Shown here one piece after another: positions 50,314-64,000 of a DNA stretch of 64,000 nt (position 1 is its first letter; every line of letters begins with the position of its first letter). The DNA lies in assembly GCA_964057225.1 (NCBI GenBank), contig OZ059894.1, forward strand, positions 17,918,001-17,982,000. The letters run 5' to 3'. A program made the translations under genes and the position numbers. This stretch comes from Auanema rhodensis. Its lineage: Eukaryota > Animalia > Nematoda. Below the pieces are notes generated by a model. The model saw nothing but the letters and a program-made list of their open reading frames with translations, was not told the DNA's origin and searched no databases.

Positions 50314-52418
50314 ATGTCAGTTCCTAAGGATGTCAAGAACATTATAACATTTACTAAATTTCTATTATATATTTTATTTCGACTTATTCGCTCTTTGATC
50401 CAATTAGAATCTGACGTTATAGCGCTTTTACGAATAGTATCTAAAGAGAGCGTAGGAAATGACGTCGAATTCTTTCATATTCTTGCACGGTATACTTATA
50501 TAATAACTATTTTTGAGTTTTCAGCTATTATATTTCAGATATCGACTAGATAAATCTGACATTTGTAAAGAAACAGATTTCTTACTTTTTTACGATCGAT
50601 TTGGAAGCTTTGAAGAAATATTAACCGTAAAGTATTTACTAACTTCAATACTTTATTCAATTTTCTTAAATTCAGATGGCACATATATTCTATTACTGAT
50701 CAGTATGTGTACTTTTGTCAAGTTCCTTTTACTGATTCATCGATTTTAAAACATCAAAAATTATCTGTTAGTTTATTCGAGAAAGCTGAAAGATTTGCTC
50801 GGATGAAGCATACAACTTTTGCAGCTTGTACAAGTAATATGAACCTGAATTGTAAATAACCAGCAAGCTTGACTTATATAAGTTTTAAACATTACAGGTA
50901 GAGCCATATTCATGCATAGTACTCCAGCTTGTGGAGCTACTGCAACGGCTAAGATGCTTCAATCAGCAGATTCAATGGCTAAGCATTTCATTGTAGATAT
51001 TGAAAAGAATGTAAGAGGATCTAAATTTAATTTTCATAGGTGCTCGGAGAACCTCCTATGCTATCTTCTCTTTCTCTTCTAATGTATAGCCAATCAATAG
51101 AAAAACTTCGAGAGCTCACGAAGAATATTATTCGATTTTCGTTCAGTAACTTCTCAGTTTCCCAAACTGTTCTTATTAAAACGAGGTTAGTTTCATACTT
51201 TGTCAACAGAATCCACAAAACTAGTTCACGGATTTACAAACCTGACTAGGCTGTTCAATTTTTTTTATTTGGCAAAACCTGTGAAATTATTTTTTTATCT
51301 TTCTCATCTTCAATTAAACTTTGCGGCGGAAAATGCAACATTTCTAACATAAATGGATTAATTTGAGTCGCATTTACCACCCGTGAATGATCAAGAGATG
51401 CGACGACGAATCTCAAATCGTACGAGGAGTTTAAAAACGTAACTCTTTCTTGAATGAAGAAACTTTAATACTTTTCGATAAAATTCAATCAAAAACACTA
51501 TTTTGCAAATAAATTCCCAGTCATCATTGTGTAGCACGTCACTTCCGTTCAAAAACAGGTCTTGGACAGCTTTTTTCAAGAAATCAAATTTTATAAAGGG
51601 ATGTCTTACAAAAACAGAATTTTATGGTTTCCTATCATAATACCTGTGATTTTTCTATTTTATGTAATTTCAGATTTTTACAATTCTATCAATTTTTCGA
51701 GCGTTCTCTCGATTTTTAATAAATGATTTTCTAAAATGTTCTGGAAAAATTGAAAACGAGAAGTGGAAAAAGTCAAGTTTTATTATTTGCAGATCGAGTT
51801 GTGGTAAAATAATTCCATATGTTCATCACGCTTATTCATCAATTCAACATATTTTTGTGACATCAAAAAATCCATCGGATGGAATTCCTCGGTTGATCGC
51901 AGAAGCTTCTCAATCCGTTCCCATTTTCGAAGCTGTAAGATTTCTTCTTCTTTTCTATGAATTTATTATATGAAAATTTCTGCAGATTTGCTTTCTTAAT
52001 CGACATTCATATCCGTTTTGTGATTTCTTCACAAGTTGGCGCCGGTTTGAGAGAGATACTGTAATCAAGATAGGTCCAACTGACCCGGTCGAATTTTCAT
52101 TAGCTCAGATTATGGGTGCTACAGTGAATTATCAAAGAAATTTAAAATATTACGCATTAGACACCATATATTTCGAAGATCTGGTGGTCAAAAATACAAT
52201 AATTTATCATAAACGAAATGTTTCAGATGATTGATACAGCTAGCGTGTTACGATCAATTTTATATTTGTGTGGATTATCAGAGTTTGTGATCCCTGAATG
52301 CATTGAATGGAAACGAAAGGAAGAATTTGAGTTAAAGAAGGATAAAGTCTTGTCTGATGAGCAAAAGATCAGAATCAAAACTTTGGTTGAACTTTTACAA
52401 CAAGAATGGAATCAATAA
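50314..52418 (+). CDS. Nematode sulfotransferase-like (P-loop) protein, degenerate
   Basis: Spliced frame: WHIYSITDQYVYFC...LFEKAERFARM; IFMHSTPACGATATAKMLQ (PAPS 5'-PSB-like position); VLGEPP; VLIKTRS; HIFVTSKNP; IYFEDL; ends LLQQEWNQ*. Confidence 0.65.
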
Positions 52419-55400
52419 TCCTCAGTTATCCCTATATCGAAAGTAATAGAACGTAAAACCACGATTACTCCACGTTTACTCCACGTGAAACGGAGAGATC
52501 ATTTTCATTGAAAGCTAACATAGTGAACGGTTGTTTTTACTTCATTTCAGTTATATCTTTATCCCTATTTTTTTCTTTCTTCTTCTTCTTCTTCTACGCA
52601 TCTTCTCACATTTTCGTTTCTTTTCTCTCACTTAGGTTTACTTATCGGTTATTCATCCTGTCATCCTATCGTTTCAGTCTTCAAGAATTATTATGTTCAG
52701 TTTATTAACGATATAGTTCATATAGTTTATTTCGAAGAAAAAAAGAGATATAACATAGATTAAACAATGATGCAATTCGAGAAAGATATTTTTCATTTCT
52801 CTTCGAACAAAATTCAGGATTTTTCTCAAGTTTGCCTGAACGATTTCAAAAAATTAAAAACGTTTGATATCATTTCATAAATTTAATTTGGTGCGCCAGT
52901 TTTCTTTTATCAATTTTGTATATGATATTAATCATTCTGTTCAAATGAAAAAAAGACATTAAAAAGTAAGTTAGGCTTCTCTTCTCTTTCCTGCAAAGAC
53001 AAGCCTGTTCTCTCTATGTTACGTCAAAATCAACAAAAAGTGTTCAATTTTTTAATCTACGCCTTGAATAAAAAACTCTTAAATCCTTGGACTGTAGATG
53101 AACTGATGATCATATATCTATGTACTTTGCATCTTGAACATGAAAAATCAGATAATAATTAATTAATATTTGAATATAATTTACTTAATAACTATCTTGT
53201 GTTCTCAAATTTTCGGACTATTTGTTTATTTATTTGCTCTGATCAAAGGTATTGTGATGATCATATGATGCGACATTATAACATTTTCCGTTCCATTTAT
53301 CAAAGACCGTTTAAGATAATTGCGTTTTGTAATAATAACGTGTAGGTACGTATAAAGTTCAAAAAAAAAAATTTACATATTCTTCTCTATTTTCAACAAC
53401 ATACATAAACATAAATATAAATATATAATATTAATAATTTTTATAAAATATTAATTTTATTCAAAAAATGCACACACACACACACAAACCTTTAAATGTT
53501 TTATTGTAAAATATTGGATAAATAGAACTATCTTGAATCAATATACAGAACTTGATTTTATCTAACATTAACAGTGTCGTGATTGTTTTTAGGTGAAAAA
53601 ATCACTTAAAGATTTCCGGAATGAAGAGGTTAATGCGCAATGCTTAAATGGTATGTTTTTCTTCTTATGTGGTTTTTAAATCATCAAATATCCATAAAAT
53701 TAAGTGGAAATCAAATCCATTGGTCTTGATATTTCCTCACATGTATTCTTATATGAAGGATATACTAATTACATATAATTGAGGGAAAAGCTAAAACTGA
53801 TAAAGCTCTTCTATAAAAGCTATAAAATCCTTTTTTTCTCTTTTTGAACTTGGGCAGTTGATATTTTTCGTAGATCAACTATTCTTTATCAGAACTTTGT
53901 ACAACATGTATATTTTTGAATTTTTGTTTTGTTTTTACCATCAATATCAATATAAATACTGAGCTAAATACTGAATTATACAAAACAATATGGAAAACAA
54001 AGAATTATTAATATCAGATTATAAAAAAACTGTTATACATAAGTAGTTCTTGTACGTATAGTTTCTTTTTCATTTGATCAAACTAGTTTAATGTTAAGTT
54101 TGCTCATTAATCGTACTTGTCCCTCAGTTCTTTAAACTAAAACATCATTTCAATATATTGCTAAACTGTATAAACCAATAAAGAATATTCAAAACTAATT
54201 TTTTGTATGTTTTGAGCAAATATAAACTATAAAATACATTTCTAAGAAAAGGACTAACAACAATAATAATAATAATAAGTTTGAACAACAAAATCCTTCT
54301 TTCAAATCGAATAGAAACATTCGAATAGGCTTTTTGTAAACAAAATTAGGTGGAATAGTACAGTTGGGAATGATTTTCAGCGGAACTTCGTATTGTGTGA
54401 AACGGAAATATTGGTTCACGCGTGCACTAGTTCAGCTAATTTCATGTTTTAAAGATTGTAAGGAATAAACTATTTTTTCTTTCCTTTTTTCATGTGATCT
54501 AGGTAAACGTAAAGAGTGTCGACGTAGTATATAAAAGTCGACCTTCCGAAACACTTAACTACCTCTATAAATTGAATTGTACACGCACATCAGCTCTACT
54601 ACTTTAAGTAGTATAAGCTAATACTGAATTCTTTCAATAACATTTAGAAATTACCTCGAACTCATCAATTGAATTGTACATTGCCTTGTTGAACTTTGAA
54701 ATGAGTTTTTGAAAAAACCTTTTTTGCTATGAACTTAATGATCGCTTTCTTTTCTTGTGTGGGTGTGTGGGGCAAGAAAGGTGATGACAAGAAGAACTTA
54801 GATAGAGAGATAGAGATAGAGATAGAAAAAGTGAACGAGAAAGGGAGAGAGAGGAGGAAGGTAGAGAAAGAGAGAACGAGAAAAAGAAAGAGAACATGCC
54901 CAAGAAAACAAAATACATTAAAGGTTAAATGAACAGTAAGAGTAGATGCATAACTTTTGCAAATCTTTTGTTTCAAAATTCAAACATTTTTCAAAAAAGG
55001 ATGAAAGATGTAAGAATTATTATCTAGCATTGCAGAACACGAATCCAGATTTTGAAATAATCAAACAGGATATTCTTGCCAGCGAACATCTGAAAAGGAC
55101 ATTGTGCCTTGCCCATATATCAAAGGTCCATCCACAGCCCTGATTTTACTTTTAAGGTTTTTCTCTCCATCAAAATGAAAAATTGGAAAATTACACCAAA
55201 ACACTATCCCTTAGTTTCTTGCATTTCCGGAGCAAATTAAACAAATAGAGAGCAAAAAAAGATTAACTAATCGCGTTCCTGATATTGAAATCAAGAGAAA
55301 TATTATGAATTCGCTCAGAAAAAAGTAAAAGAACGTAATAGTCTTTGAAAACAAATAATTATGATCAATGTCTCATGGACATCTGCTCCAAACAATTGTT

Positions 55401-55891
55401 AAATAAATAGTAGAAGTCGGTAAAAACTCAATATTTAACATACAACGCAATAATCTGTGATGTTTCTTGTATGATTCGTTTAAGAAGTAAAGCCTAAGAG
55501 TTCAGCGTCAGAATGTCCAAACCATGTCATTCTCTCCGATTCAATGATTCGGATAAACTACTATCGAAACAAGGTGATCATGACATCTAAACCTGTTGAA
55601 TACTTTTCTGAACAAGATTGAACTACTAGATTGTTTTCTTAAAATGTCTTCGCCTACTGACGATGATGAATTCGGAGGAAATGAAAGATATATTCTATTA
55701 TTTTATAGTTTGCATTTGACACCCACCTGAATAAGAAATGAAAAATGTCTTATTCACAGACAGCCTCATCTGAAGTTATTGATAATATGATGCTGTTTTG
55801 TCAATCCTCCCACATCCGCCTACTATTTTTCCAAAGACTGTAGATGGCGCCGGAAACGCTTTTAGCACCGCCCACAGACGAACACCGCACA

Positions 55892-55898
55892 TATAAAA
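55892..55898 (+). promoter_or_regulatory. TATA box of the C-type lectin gene
   Basis: TATAAAA preceded by GC-rich boxes (caccgccc) and followed by a CAA-rich leader ~180 bp upstream of the ATG. Confidence 0.55.
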
Positions 55899-56070
55899 GT
55901 ATCGTCTGGCCATCTTGATACCCCAGACGACCAGCCGCCACCTACTGACAACTCTACCTACAACGAGAACAACAACAATAACAACAACATTCGGAGAAGA
56001 ATAATTAAATAAGCTTATTCTTCTACTTTTCTGTGCTGTGGTTTGAAACTAAGACTCAACAAAGCTTAGA

Positions 56071-57988
56071 ATGAATTCACATATTATTCAATTGGCATTT
56101 TTGGCCTCTGTTTTCATTGGTATGTTTTAAACTTCATTTATTCTCTGAATCACACATTGCCAACTCATAATTACTCTTAATTTTTTTGCAGGATGTTCTG
56201 CTAATCCTTGTGGAAGTTCCGATTGGAAGTATAATCCAGGAACTAACGCATGCTACAAGCTTATCGCTGATAGTCTACCATGGACCGTTGCCGAATTCAA
56301 GTGTCTCTTCCAAGGAGCTCATCATGTATCCATTCATACTATCGAAGAAAACAAATTCGTTAACGGTATGTTTCTTATTTTTCTTCTTTTCTCATTATTT
56401 CTTTTCCTTGATCTTCTTCAACAATTTAAAGTTTTCAAGATTTTTTATCATTCAATTTTACATTTTAACGTTATGATATCATAGCGCAACATCTGTAAAA
56501 TCTGAACATTTCTTTAAAAGAATTACAACTTAGCATTAAACCTTACATCCTAATCACTTTCTTGATTTTTACTACTTTTTTTTGTCTTAAAAATTCAACA
56601 ACCGTCCTTTATTTTTTAAAAATGAATTGATTTTCATTATTCTTCAAAAATTCTATGATAATTCTGAAAATTGATTCTTTTGTTAGTTATTGTTATCATC
56701 TTCAATTCCTCTTAACGATCTTCAAATGTTTGCATAATTTTGAAAAAAATTTTGAAATTTTGAAAAACTTTTTATTTCTTTAATAGAAATAATTTCAAAT
56801 AATGCTTTGAACTTTTAGAAATCTCTCAACACCGTGAAATCTGGATTGGATCTGCATACTTTGGGCGCAATGCTGTTTACGTGAACTCAGATCAATCAGC
56901 CTTCAATTTTGAACACTGGACTGGAGGTAAGATAAAATATTTAACTTAGTTGAAATGAACGACCCGAATAGAATGGTTTATGTCACCGAGTGAAAAGAAA
57001 TTCAGATGTTTTATGTTAGTGTTAGTGTGTTCAATACACCGGAAATGACAACGTTTAAGTTCGTATTGATCAGAAACCTAACATGAACAGAATAAAAAAC
57101 GTGGGCTACATTAGGAAATTAGGATGAGAAATAGAGATAGTTTGAGAGGAAACGAGAGAGATCGGGTGATAAATGCAGAAAATGATAGATGAACACTAAA
57201 AATTAAGAGAGTGAAGAACAGTGATAAGATTGAGAGAAACAGGGAGAATTGTACAGGAAAACTGCAGGAGATGAGAAGGTAGCAGGCAGAAATCAGCACT
57301 TCAACGAAAAAATCAAAGCTAAAAAGTTCTCAAGGAAACTGCTATATCACATTAAAGTTGTCTAGCAGAATATAGTTTTGAGTTCAGAAAGTAACTAAAG
57401 ATTCATCTTTCACTTCTCAGTATTCATAGCTTTTACTAGACATTACATGATATACAAATTCAAGTTTTAAGAGATCTTAAAAGAGAAAGGTTGCATTGAA
57501 GGTTCTAAACTACAAATTATTTCTTTCAATACATTATATTTCAATTTAAAATGCATCACTTATGTCCATGTTTTATAGAAAATCGTCCAACAATGAACCG
57601 TGCTCGTCGTTGTATCAAGATGGATCGTAATGGAAATTGGTTCCAATCTTGTTGCAAGAAACGCACTGCTGCCATCTGTAAAAAACCAGCTGTTATGAAC
57701 TCACCTTTCAACAATCAGGTACAGTTTACAAATCGTTTTTTTGCATCTTAATGCTTATTAACTTAAAAAGGAAAAACGTTTGAAGATGTCATAAGTAATG
57801 TTGTTTTCGTAAAGTCTCGACAACATCTATTATAATCAACATTAGTAGAAATCATAGTACAAAGTCTATTTCCGCATATATAGTTCATTCTGACATCTGG
57901 AGTTAATTGAAACAAAGCCAATTACCATAGTTACTGTTTATATTTGCAGGTTCAAGAATGGCGTCGCGCTAAGTTCTACCGCCGTTAG
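56071..57988 (+). CDS. Secreted single-domain C-type lectin-like protein
   Basis: Signal peptide MNSHIIQLAFLASVFIGCSA; C...W...CYKL...PWTVAEFKC...HHVSIH...EENKFV; IWIG; FEHW; RCIKM...NWFQSCC...AICKK; ends WRRAKFYRR*; five exons. Confidence 0.92.
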
Positions 57989-60802
57989 AAAGCTGTAGCC
58001 AATGAAGTTTGAAAGCAATCATCATCCACACAACAACATATCGTATTCGACTTCACCCTCGAATCGTATATGTACATAGTTCAATTTTTAAAGATTTTAT
58101 TTAAATAGCATGAAAGACATTATACACAAGAAACAAATATAATTCATTAATAATTATAATTGTTTCTTCTTTGTCTTCGATGTTAGTAAGTAGTTTTGTC
58201 CATACCATACAATCATATCGATTCTATACGAGTAAGAATTATCTTAATTTACATAAGCTTTTCAAACTTATTTTTCTATTTTTAACCTAAATACATTTAT
58301 ATTAATGTAACTATATGTATATTGGTCTAGTCTACATATCAAACGTCCATAAACACCTTTGTAAACCATACGGCGTTGCCAAACTCTGACAACAAAAAAC
58401 AATTTGTTTTCTTATTCTCTGTAAGGTGCCCAACAACATCCAATCACAGATCCTCAAACTGCGTAGGCTTCTCCCTCGCATTCCGACGTTATTGTCTTAC
58501 GTGTATATTCCGTTACAATGAGAATATATGATTTTTTCCAATAAATTATTTTTTCAAATCAATTGTTGTTTATAACATAATGTTCCTGCAAAACACATAC
58601 TTCCGGTGATGAATTGAATCATATGGTTTCTGCATCTGAACAGATTACTCTTGAACCCAAAAGAAAAAGTTTGGAGTTCACAATTCACGTTGATTCCTGT
58701 TTATTTAACATAAATTTTCTGATTATTTTTTTTATTTTTCATTGAATTGAAAAAGTGTAACGGTCTTAGATATCTAATTGGTAGAAAACCATACTAGCAG
58801 TTATTGCGAAAAGAACTGTGTAAGCGATATTTATCAATCTGAAAGACCAAGGAGAGACTTCAGATGCAGAAACAGTGAAATACCAGGGACACTATGGAGA
58901 TGGTAGAGCCTACTAAGGGTCATTCTTGCAGATATTAGTCATTGTCGCCCAATTGTCTTCCTGTCGGGGGATTCTGTTGTTCCCAAACTATCCGATTCAT
59001 CAGCACCCTAGATTGACTTCCTATTTCATCAATCGTCTGGAAAACCGGGGTGGAAAAGCAAAAGTTTGTTAATTGCCCTTAAGCGTGGTCTCGTTTCCGA
59101 TTTTCGTGTGAATTCAACGCCTTGTTCAAGCCGAATATAATGAAAAACGTCCCATAAAAGACATGATAACAGCTCATCTTTTATCAAAGATGTGAGAATT
59201 AATTAAGGACTTTGTTATTTCCCAAATCATTTTACTCCTTAACAGTTTTATCATCGATCGCAATTTCGGTTTCTGTTTCTTACTTTGCCAAAACATAGTT
59301 ATTAAATGATAACGTTATTACTAATAATGCCAATTTATCGTCTCTGCGTATCAACATTAAGTAAATATGTTACACAAAAAAAGAATTAATAAGTACGAAG
59401 CTTGAGATTAAATACATAATCTTCACAATTACATTAAATTTCTGAGAACGACGGTTTTTTTTGTAAGCAAAAAAACCGGTTGTCCTGTTCGTCTCCATAG
59501 CTGAACTGATCAAGCTCGTTGAAGTGCATGTTCATTTTGACCATTAGCCATGCTTCGACATTTCATCTCGTTTTTCGTTCTTCATGTACTTCTTAAATGC
59601 TGGGAGAATCAAGTAAAACGGAGATGAGAATATCAGTTGTATACATTTTTCTTTTCAGAAAATATATTTAACATGTAGCATACTGATATTATCCAAATAG
59701 AGTATTATTAACATATTTACGCCATTAATATATAAACAATATACAATTGGCTACTGATATCTTTAAGGAATTTTAAGGAACAAAAGAATTAAGCATAACA
59801 CCCGTTAATAACAAAGGGCAGCATTTTATAAACAAAGGAACAATTCATTTGATTCATTTGCTTAATTATAAATGTTTTTCATCTTAATCTGGAGGTTATA
59901 GTTAAAATGTGTGTCATAATATTTTAAACATCGTCGCAAATGTATTAGGTTTTGCTTGATGCAACATAGAGCAATGATAATAAAGTTCACCAAAAAAGTA
60001 TCTCAAAAAGTGGAACTCGCAAGGACAGAATGTTATAGTTAAGATATCAAATGAATTTTTTTTCAAAGAGGATAAGATAAGGCAACATTAATATTTTTCA
60101 TATAATAAATTAACCAATGCGTTTAATGTGCTTCGTAATACCTTTTACAACTGATTGCTCTTTCGCACAAAAAAAACTGTCCAGTTTCTGAAGGATAGTA
60201 AAAGCGATTCATATACTCAGAAAAGATTTGGCTTAAGAATAGTATTATCGCTTAAAATCTGAAGGAGTTTAATTTAAATATTCTTCAAATATAAAATAAC
60301 TCTTAAAACAACTGTTGTTATACCTGTTTTCTAATTGCTAATGGTCTGTGAAATGCACACTGATAATCAAAGCACCCCCTAAAGTACTAATCAATTTCTT
60401 TTTCGTGGAATTTGACAACTTCACAGCTAATTCTTAAGCTTATCTTATCATGAGATAAAAAAGACAAAGAATACGAGAAAATTCATAAAGTAAAATATGA
60501 AGTAATAACTTTTGCGTAAGAATAAAACAGACGGTTAATGAAGAAAAATAAACTGTTTAGAAAATATAGTAGTTCGAGTTCTATAAAATAAAATTAACTA
60601 CTTATCAAACAGCTTGATTCAACAGTTGTATTATTTAGAATTAATAAAGATTTTAACTTGTCGAACGTAAAAAGAGTATGTAGCACAATGATGGAAAACT
60701 TCTTGTAGTTTCTAGACCTGAATTATTGAAAAGTAACACATAATGAGTCTGTGATGTCCTTAAACACTTCCAACACGTAGTTTATAAAGAGAGCTTCATT
60801 TT

Positions 60803-61562
60803 TCAGAAATCCATATGAACAACTAACTCATCCTTATAACTAATTTGAATAGCTGTCACAGCATTGTCAGCTCTGAAATTGAGATAATTCAAACTTTTAA
60901 ATTTCAATCACTCACTTTAAAGCGAAATCTTTGATCAAAGCTAATGTAGGTGCGGATATTGCAGGTCTGCCTAAGTAATCGGCTACTCGATTTCCAGAGT
61001 CAGACAAAACACCTCCAGATAGAGCTGAAGTATGATTATATTAAAACGAAATAAAAAATAATACTTACGTCTGGATGATGAGCTATTATTGCGAGCTAAG
61101 ACAGTATCGTGAGACTAAAAAAGAAATAATTGCAAACAAATACAAACATCGACTTACTAAAATACATTCTTCATAACGTCGAGCTCTTGCAAAATAGTCC
61201 GATGTCGGTAATCGACTACCGTCAAGATGTGAGAGATCGATTATGCTCTACAATATTCAAAGTTATGGGGGGATAATGATAAGATATTATTACATTTTGG
61301 GTTGAATTTAAAATCCTACTATATTGCTCCTGAACTTGTTGTTCTGCTGCGTCTTTGGTAGATATGGAAGACTGATCGGCATAATCTGATCCACTAAATA
61401 GGATTTTTCATATTGTTAGCGAAACCAGCCCAACCCGTTGGTGTACCCTTCTTGTCGTGCTCTAACAGTAGTTACATTAGCATTGTCATGAAGTCGTTCA
61501 TAGGGAGAACTATTATCATCATCATCTGTTGCACAACAGCATAACATACGTATCACATCCAT
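60803..61562 (-). CDS. Ragulator scaffold LAMTOR1/p18-like protein
   Basis: Spliced product (~180 aa) MDVIRMLCCCATDDDD...SRILNSTQNSIIDLSHLD...DYFARARRYEE...AVTAIQISYKDELVVHMDF*, colinear with human LAMTOR1 SSILAKTASNIIDVS / EYMDRARQY / IRVDAKEELVVQF. Not represented in the ORF track. Confidence 0.85.
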
Positions 61563-64000
61563 TTCCGCTAAAAAAAACTTAAAACAATATTCTCATAGAA
61601 CATAAAATTATTAAGAATGATAAAAGCAAAGTAAAATGTGATGTTTGGTACGTGGACATTTCTATTGCGTATTTACAACTACCGTACTGCGGAGGATAGC
61701 TGATTAAATTTAGGGTGGCACGGGTAACTCTATGTCGTGTTTATTGTTTTGACTTTTAATGGCAAGAAATTCTAAATTATTTATATGAAAACTTGTGATA
61801 AATCGTTAGTCATAGGTATGAGCATTACAGTTCCAAGTCAAATGTATTAAAATTTTTCATATGCTGAGAATTATTTTTATTATATTTCGTTCTCTTATAT
61901 TAATGTGTTGTTGTTTTTTTAAATTTAAATATATTTTTTTTTAAACCTTCAATTTCTTCCTTTTCAGTACCAATTCATTGTGCTATTTTCCTATAATTAT
62001 TTAAATATACAATTTGTTCTCTGTGCTAAAGTACATATAATTATCATCAGAGGCAGCACGAACGGGCAATGGGGTTGTTCTTTTTGCAGCACTCCATGTA
62101 TTTCTGTTCCATTTTTCTCATAAGCAAGTAAGGCTTTATGGAAATATTCAGTTCAGGATTAAAGGAATATTCTTAGTTCATAATATTTCAGTACAGCGGT
62201 TTCGTATGCTGTATTTTGTCTCAAAAAATTTATCGTCTTAGATTTCTAGCTGGATCAGAGAAAGAAAAAAACTTAGACGGGAACGTTCGACGGGAAAAAG
62301 ACATCCATATAAATAAATAAAAAAGGTGGTACAGGTTTAAAAACCTGTGTAAAATTGGTGGAAACAAGCACATATAAACTCATCGACTACGGGAAGAGGT
62401 TGATGTAATTAACGATATTTCTTGTATTTTACTGATTATATGATAACAATATATTATAAGATCACTGAAATGATTTCATTGAACTGAGTATAAGAAATAC
62501 ACGTTGTAATATAGTTAACATTATGTATTGAAATATATTTTGCACAACGAACGAGGCTGCTATTTACGGTGTTTCATAAATTAAAAGACTTATCGAATAC
62601 AGACTATCATAAAGTACAATGAACTGTTGATCTTTCTTCCGGTAATTTATATTTTTTACGACAAAATAGTGAAAACGTCGCACAGATTTATATTTTAAAG
62701 ACTAAAAAATCACATGAACTTTTTTGAATCTAACTTATATTATCAGAGTATTTTCAAGGTTTTTTCAAAAATGTGCAATGGTATTCATACACAATAACAT
62801 ATTTAATATAAGCATATCTCATGACTTTTTTGAAATATTTCATAATTTTATGATAGATGGCTAAATAGATAGATTAGGATATAGAGGATGATGATAAAAA
62901 AAATACAAAAAAAAGAAGAAATTTCATCATTATTCTTTAAAGCTTCAAATATATCCATCCTACTATTTAGCTTTAGGATTTAGCTGAACATTTCACATAA
63001 ACTTTTAATATATTCGAAATGATTTTCAAATTTAAAAACTGCCTTCTTTTAATCGTGATACTCTGTAATACTTCATTCTATTTGGTATAATTTGTCTTTT
63101 ACAAGCGATTAGAAGATCCGTAAAACGTTTTAAAACTTGTAATTAGTTATCTTAATTCATATTGGTTCCACATCATTCAGTTCAATTACTTCTATATCTT
63201 TTACATTAGGGTAAAACTTTCCATTTTCTATATAAGAGCTTTTCTAATAGATTTCTTAAAAATTGAAATTTCTGAATTCTTTTTATATTTTTCCCTCTTA
63301 TGAACTTCATTTTTTAAAAATTTTGAACTATTTTTGAAAAAACATTAAAATTTTGACTAAGTCCTGTAATGGGTTTATAATTCCTTATTTATCTAAATCT
63401 AATATGTGTTTCCTCTTTTTCGTATTTGATTGAGCTTTTTTCTTTGTTTGTTCATAATTCTCGTGTAGAGGGTTCCTTTGATGAATACTCAGAGCATATT
63501 TGAAGACTTCAAAGGCTCCGCATGAAGGTTAATATCTGCATCGTCGCAAGAATCAATCTTAACGAAACAAAGAATGTGAAGATGTTTTTTGAATGGAGAT
63601 ATTCATACTATCTTATTAGAAGAGAATGGCATCGTACTTCAAATATGAATTCCAATAAGGAATCTGTATGAAGAGGTTAAACAGAGTTATTTTGCAATTA
63701 CCCCCATGAAAATGATTCAATGTCATTTACTCCTCTACAGTCGTGCCACCCGGTGCTGCTCTAATTGCCTAATGTTCTATTTTTCAAACTTAGTTCATAT
63801 AACTGCGGCATCCTGTTGAGTTTCGGTGACATGTTGTAACTTTTTTTACTCAATAAGTTAGAATCAGTTAATTTGAACTGATAGATGACATTTGACAAAA
63901 AAAATTGTCGTAACGAATGGTTGTTGTAGTTTATCCAAACGAGGATGAAAACAGTTCTTTTTTCTAGTCTCTATGATTATAAAACCTATATAGATTTGAA

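Noticed and set aside
54665-55143. Short ORFs on both strands
   Set aside because: Produced by a GA-rich low-complexity tract; no splice-supported coding structure.
63460-63850. Slightly GC-richer stretch near the right edge
   Set aside because: The plus-strand frames I checked are broken by stops and no motif was recognised on either strand.
1-64000. CRISPR arrays, rRNA, intact transposase or retroelement, telomeric arrays
   Set aside because: None seen by eye; the window is ordinary gene-rich nematode DNA.

Overview
AT-rich nematode genomic DNA (TTTCAG-type acceptors, many 40-55 nt introns, operon-like gene spacing); the six-frame ORFs are mostly exon fragments or shadows. Manual splicing supports 12 genes: an unknown gene truncated at the left edge (-), CoREST/SPR-1-like (-), DAAM formin (+), a co-oriented FANCD2 > Seipin > JAMP cluster (-), cardiolipin synthase (+, head-to-head with FANCD2), ornithine decarboxylase (+), a double-DM-domain transcription factor (-), FSHR-1 LRR-GPCR (-), a sulfotransferase-like protein (+), a cationic C-type lectin (+) and a divergent LAMTOR1/p18 (-). 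The most striking unexplained signal is an AUG-less, intron-spanning upstream ORF in the ODC 5' leader ending in K-P-P-P-stop, 18 nt before the ODC AUG, a candidate polyamine/eIF5A-sensing translational switch. Also noted: a LAMTOR1 lacking the myristoylated Gly2, two GC-AG introns, a candidate Cys-containing alternative first exon for DAAM, decayed antisense coding relics in DAAM introns and a few structured non-coding islands. All exon structures are manual inferences; no database searches were run.
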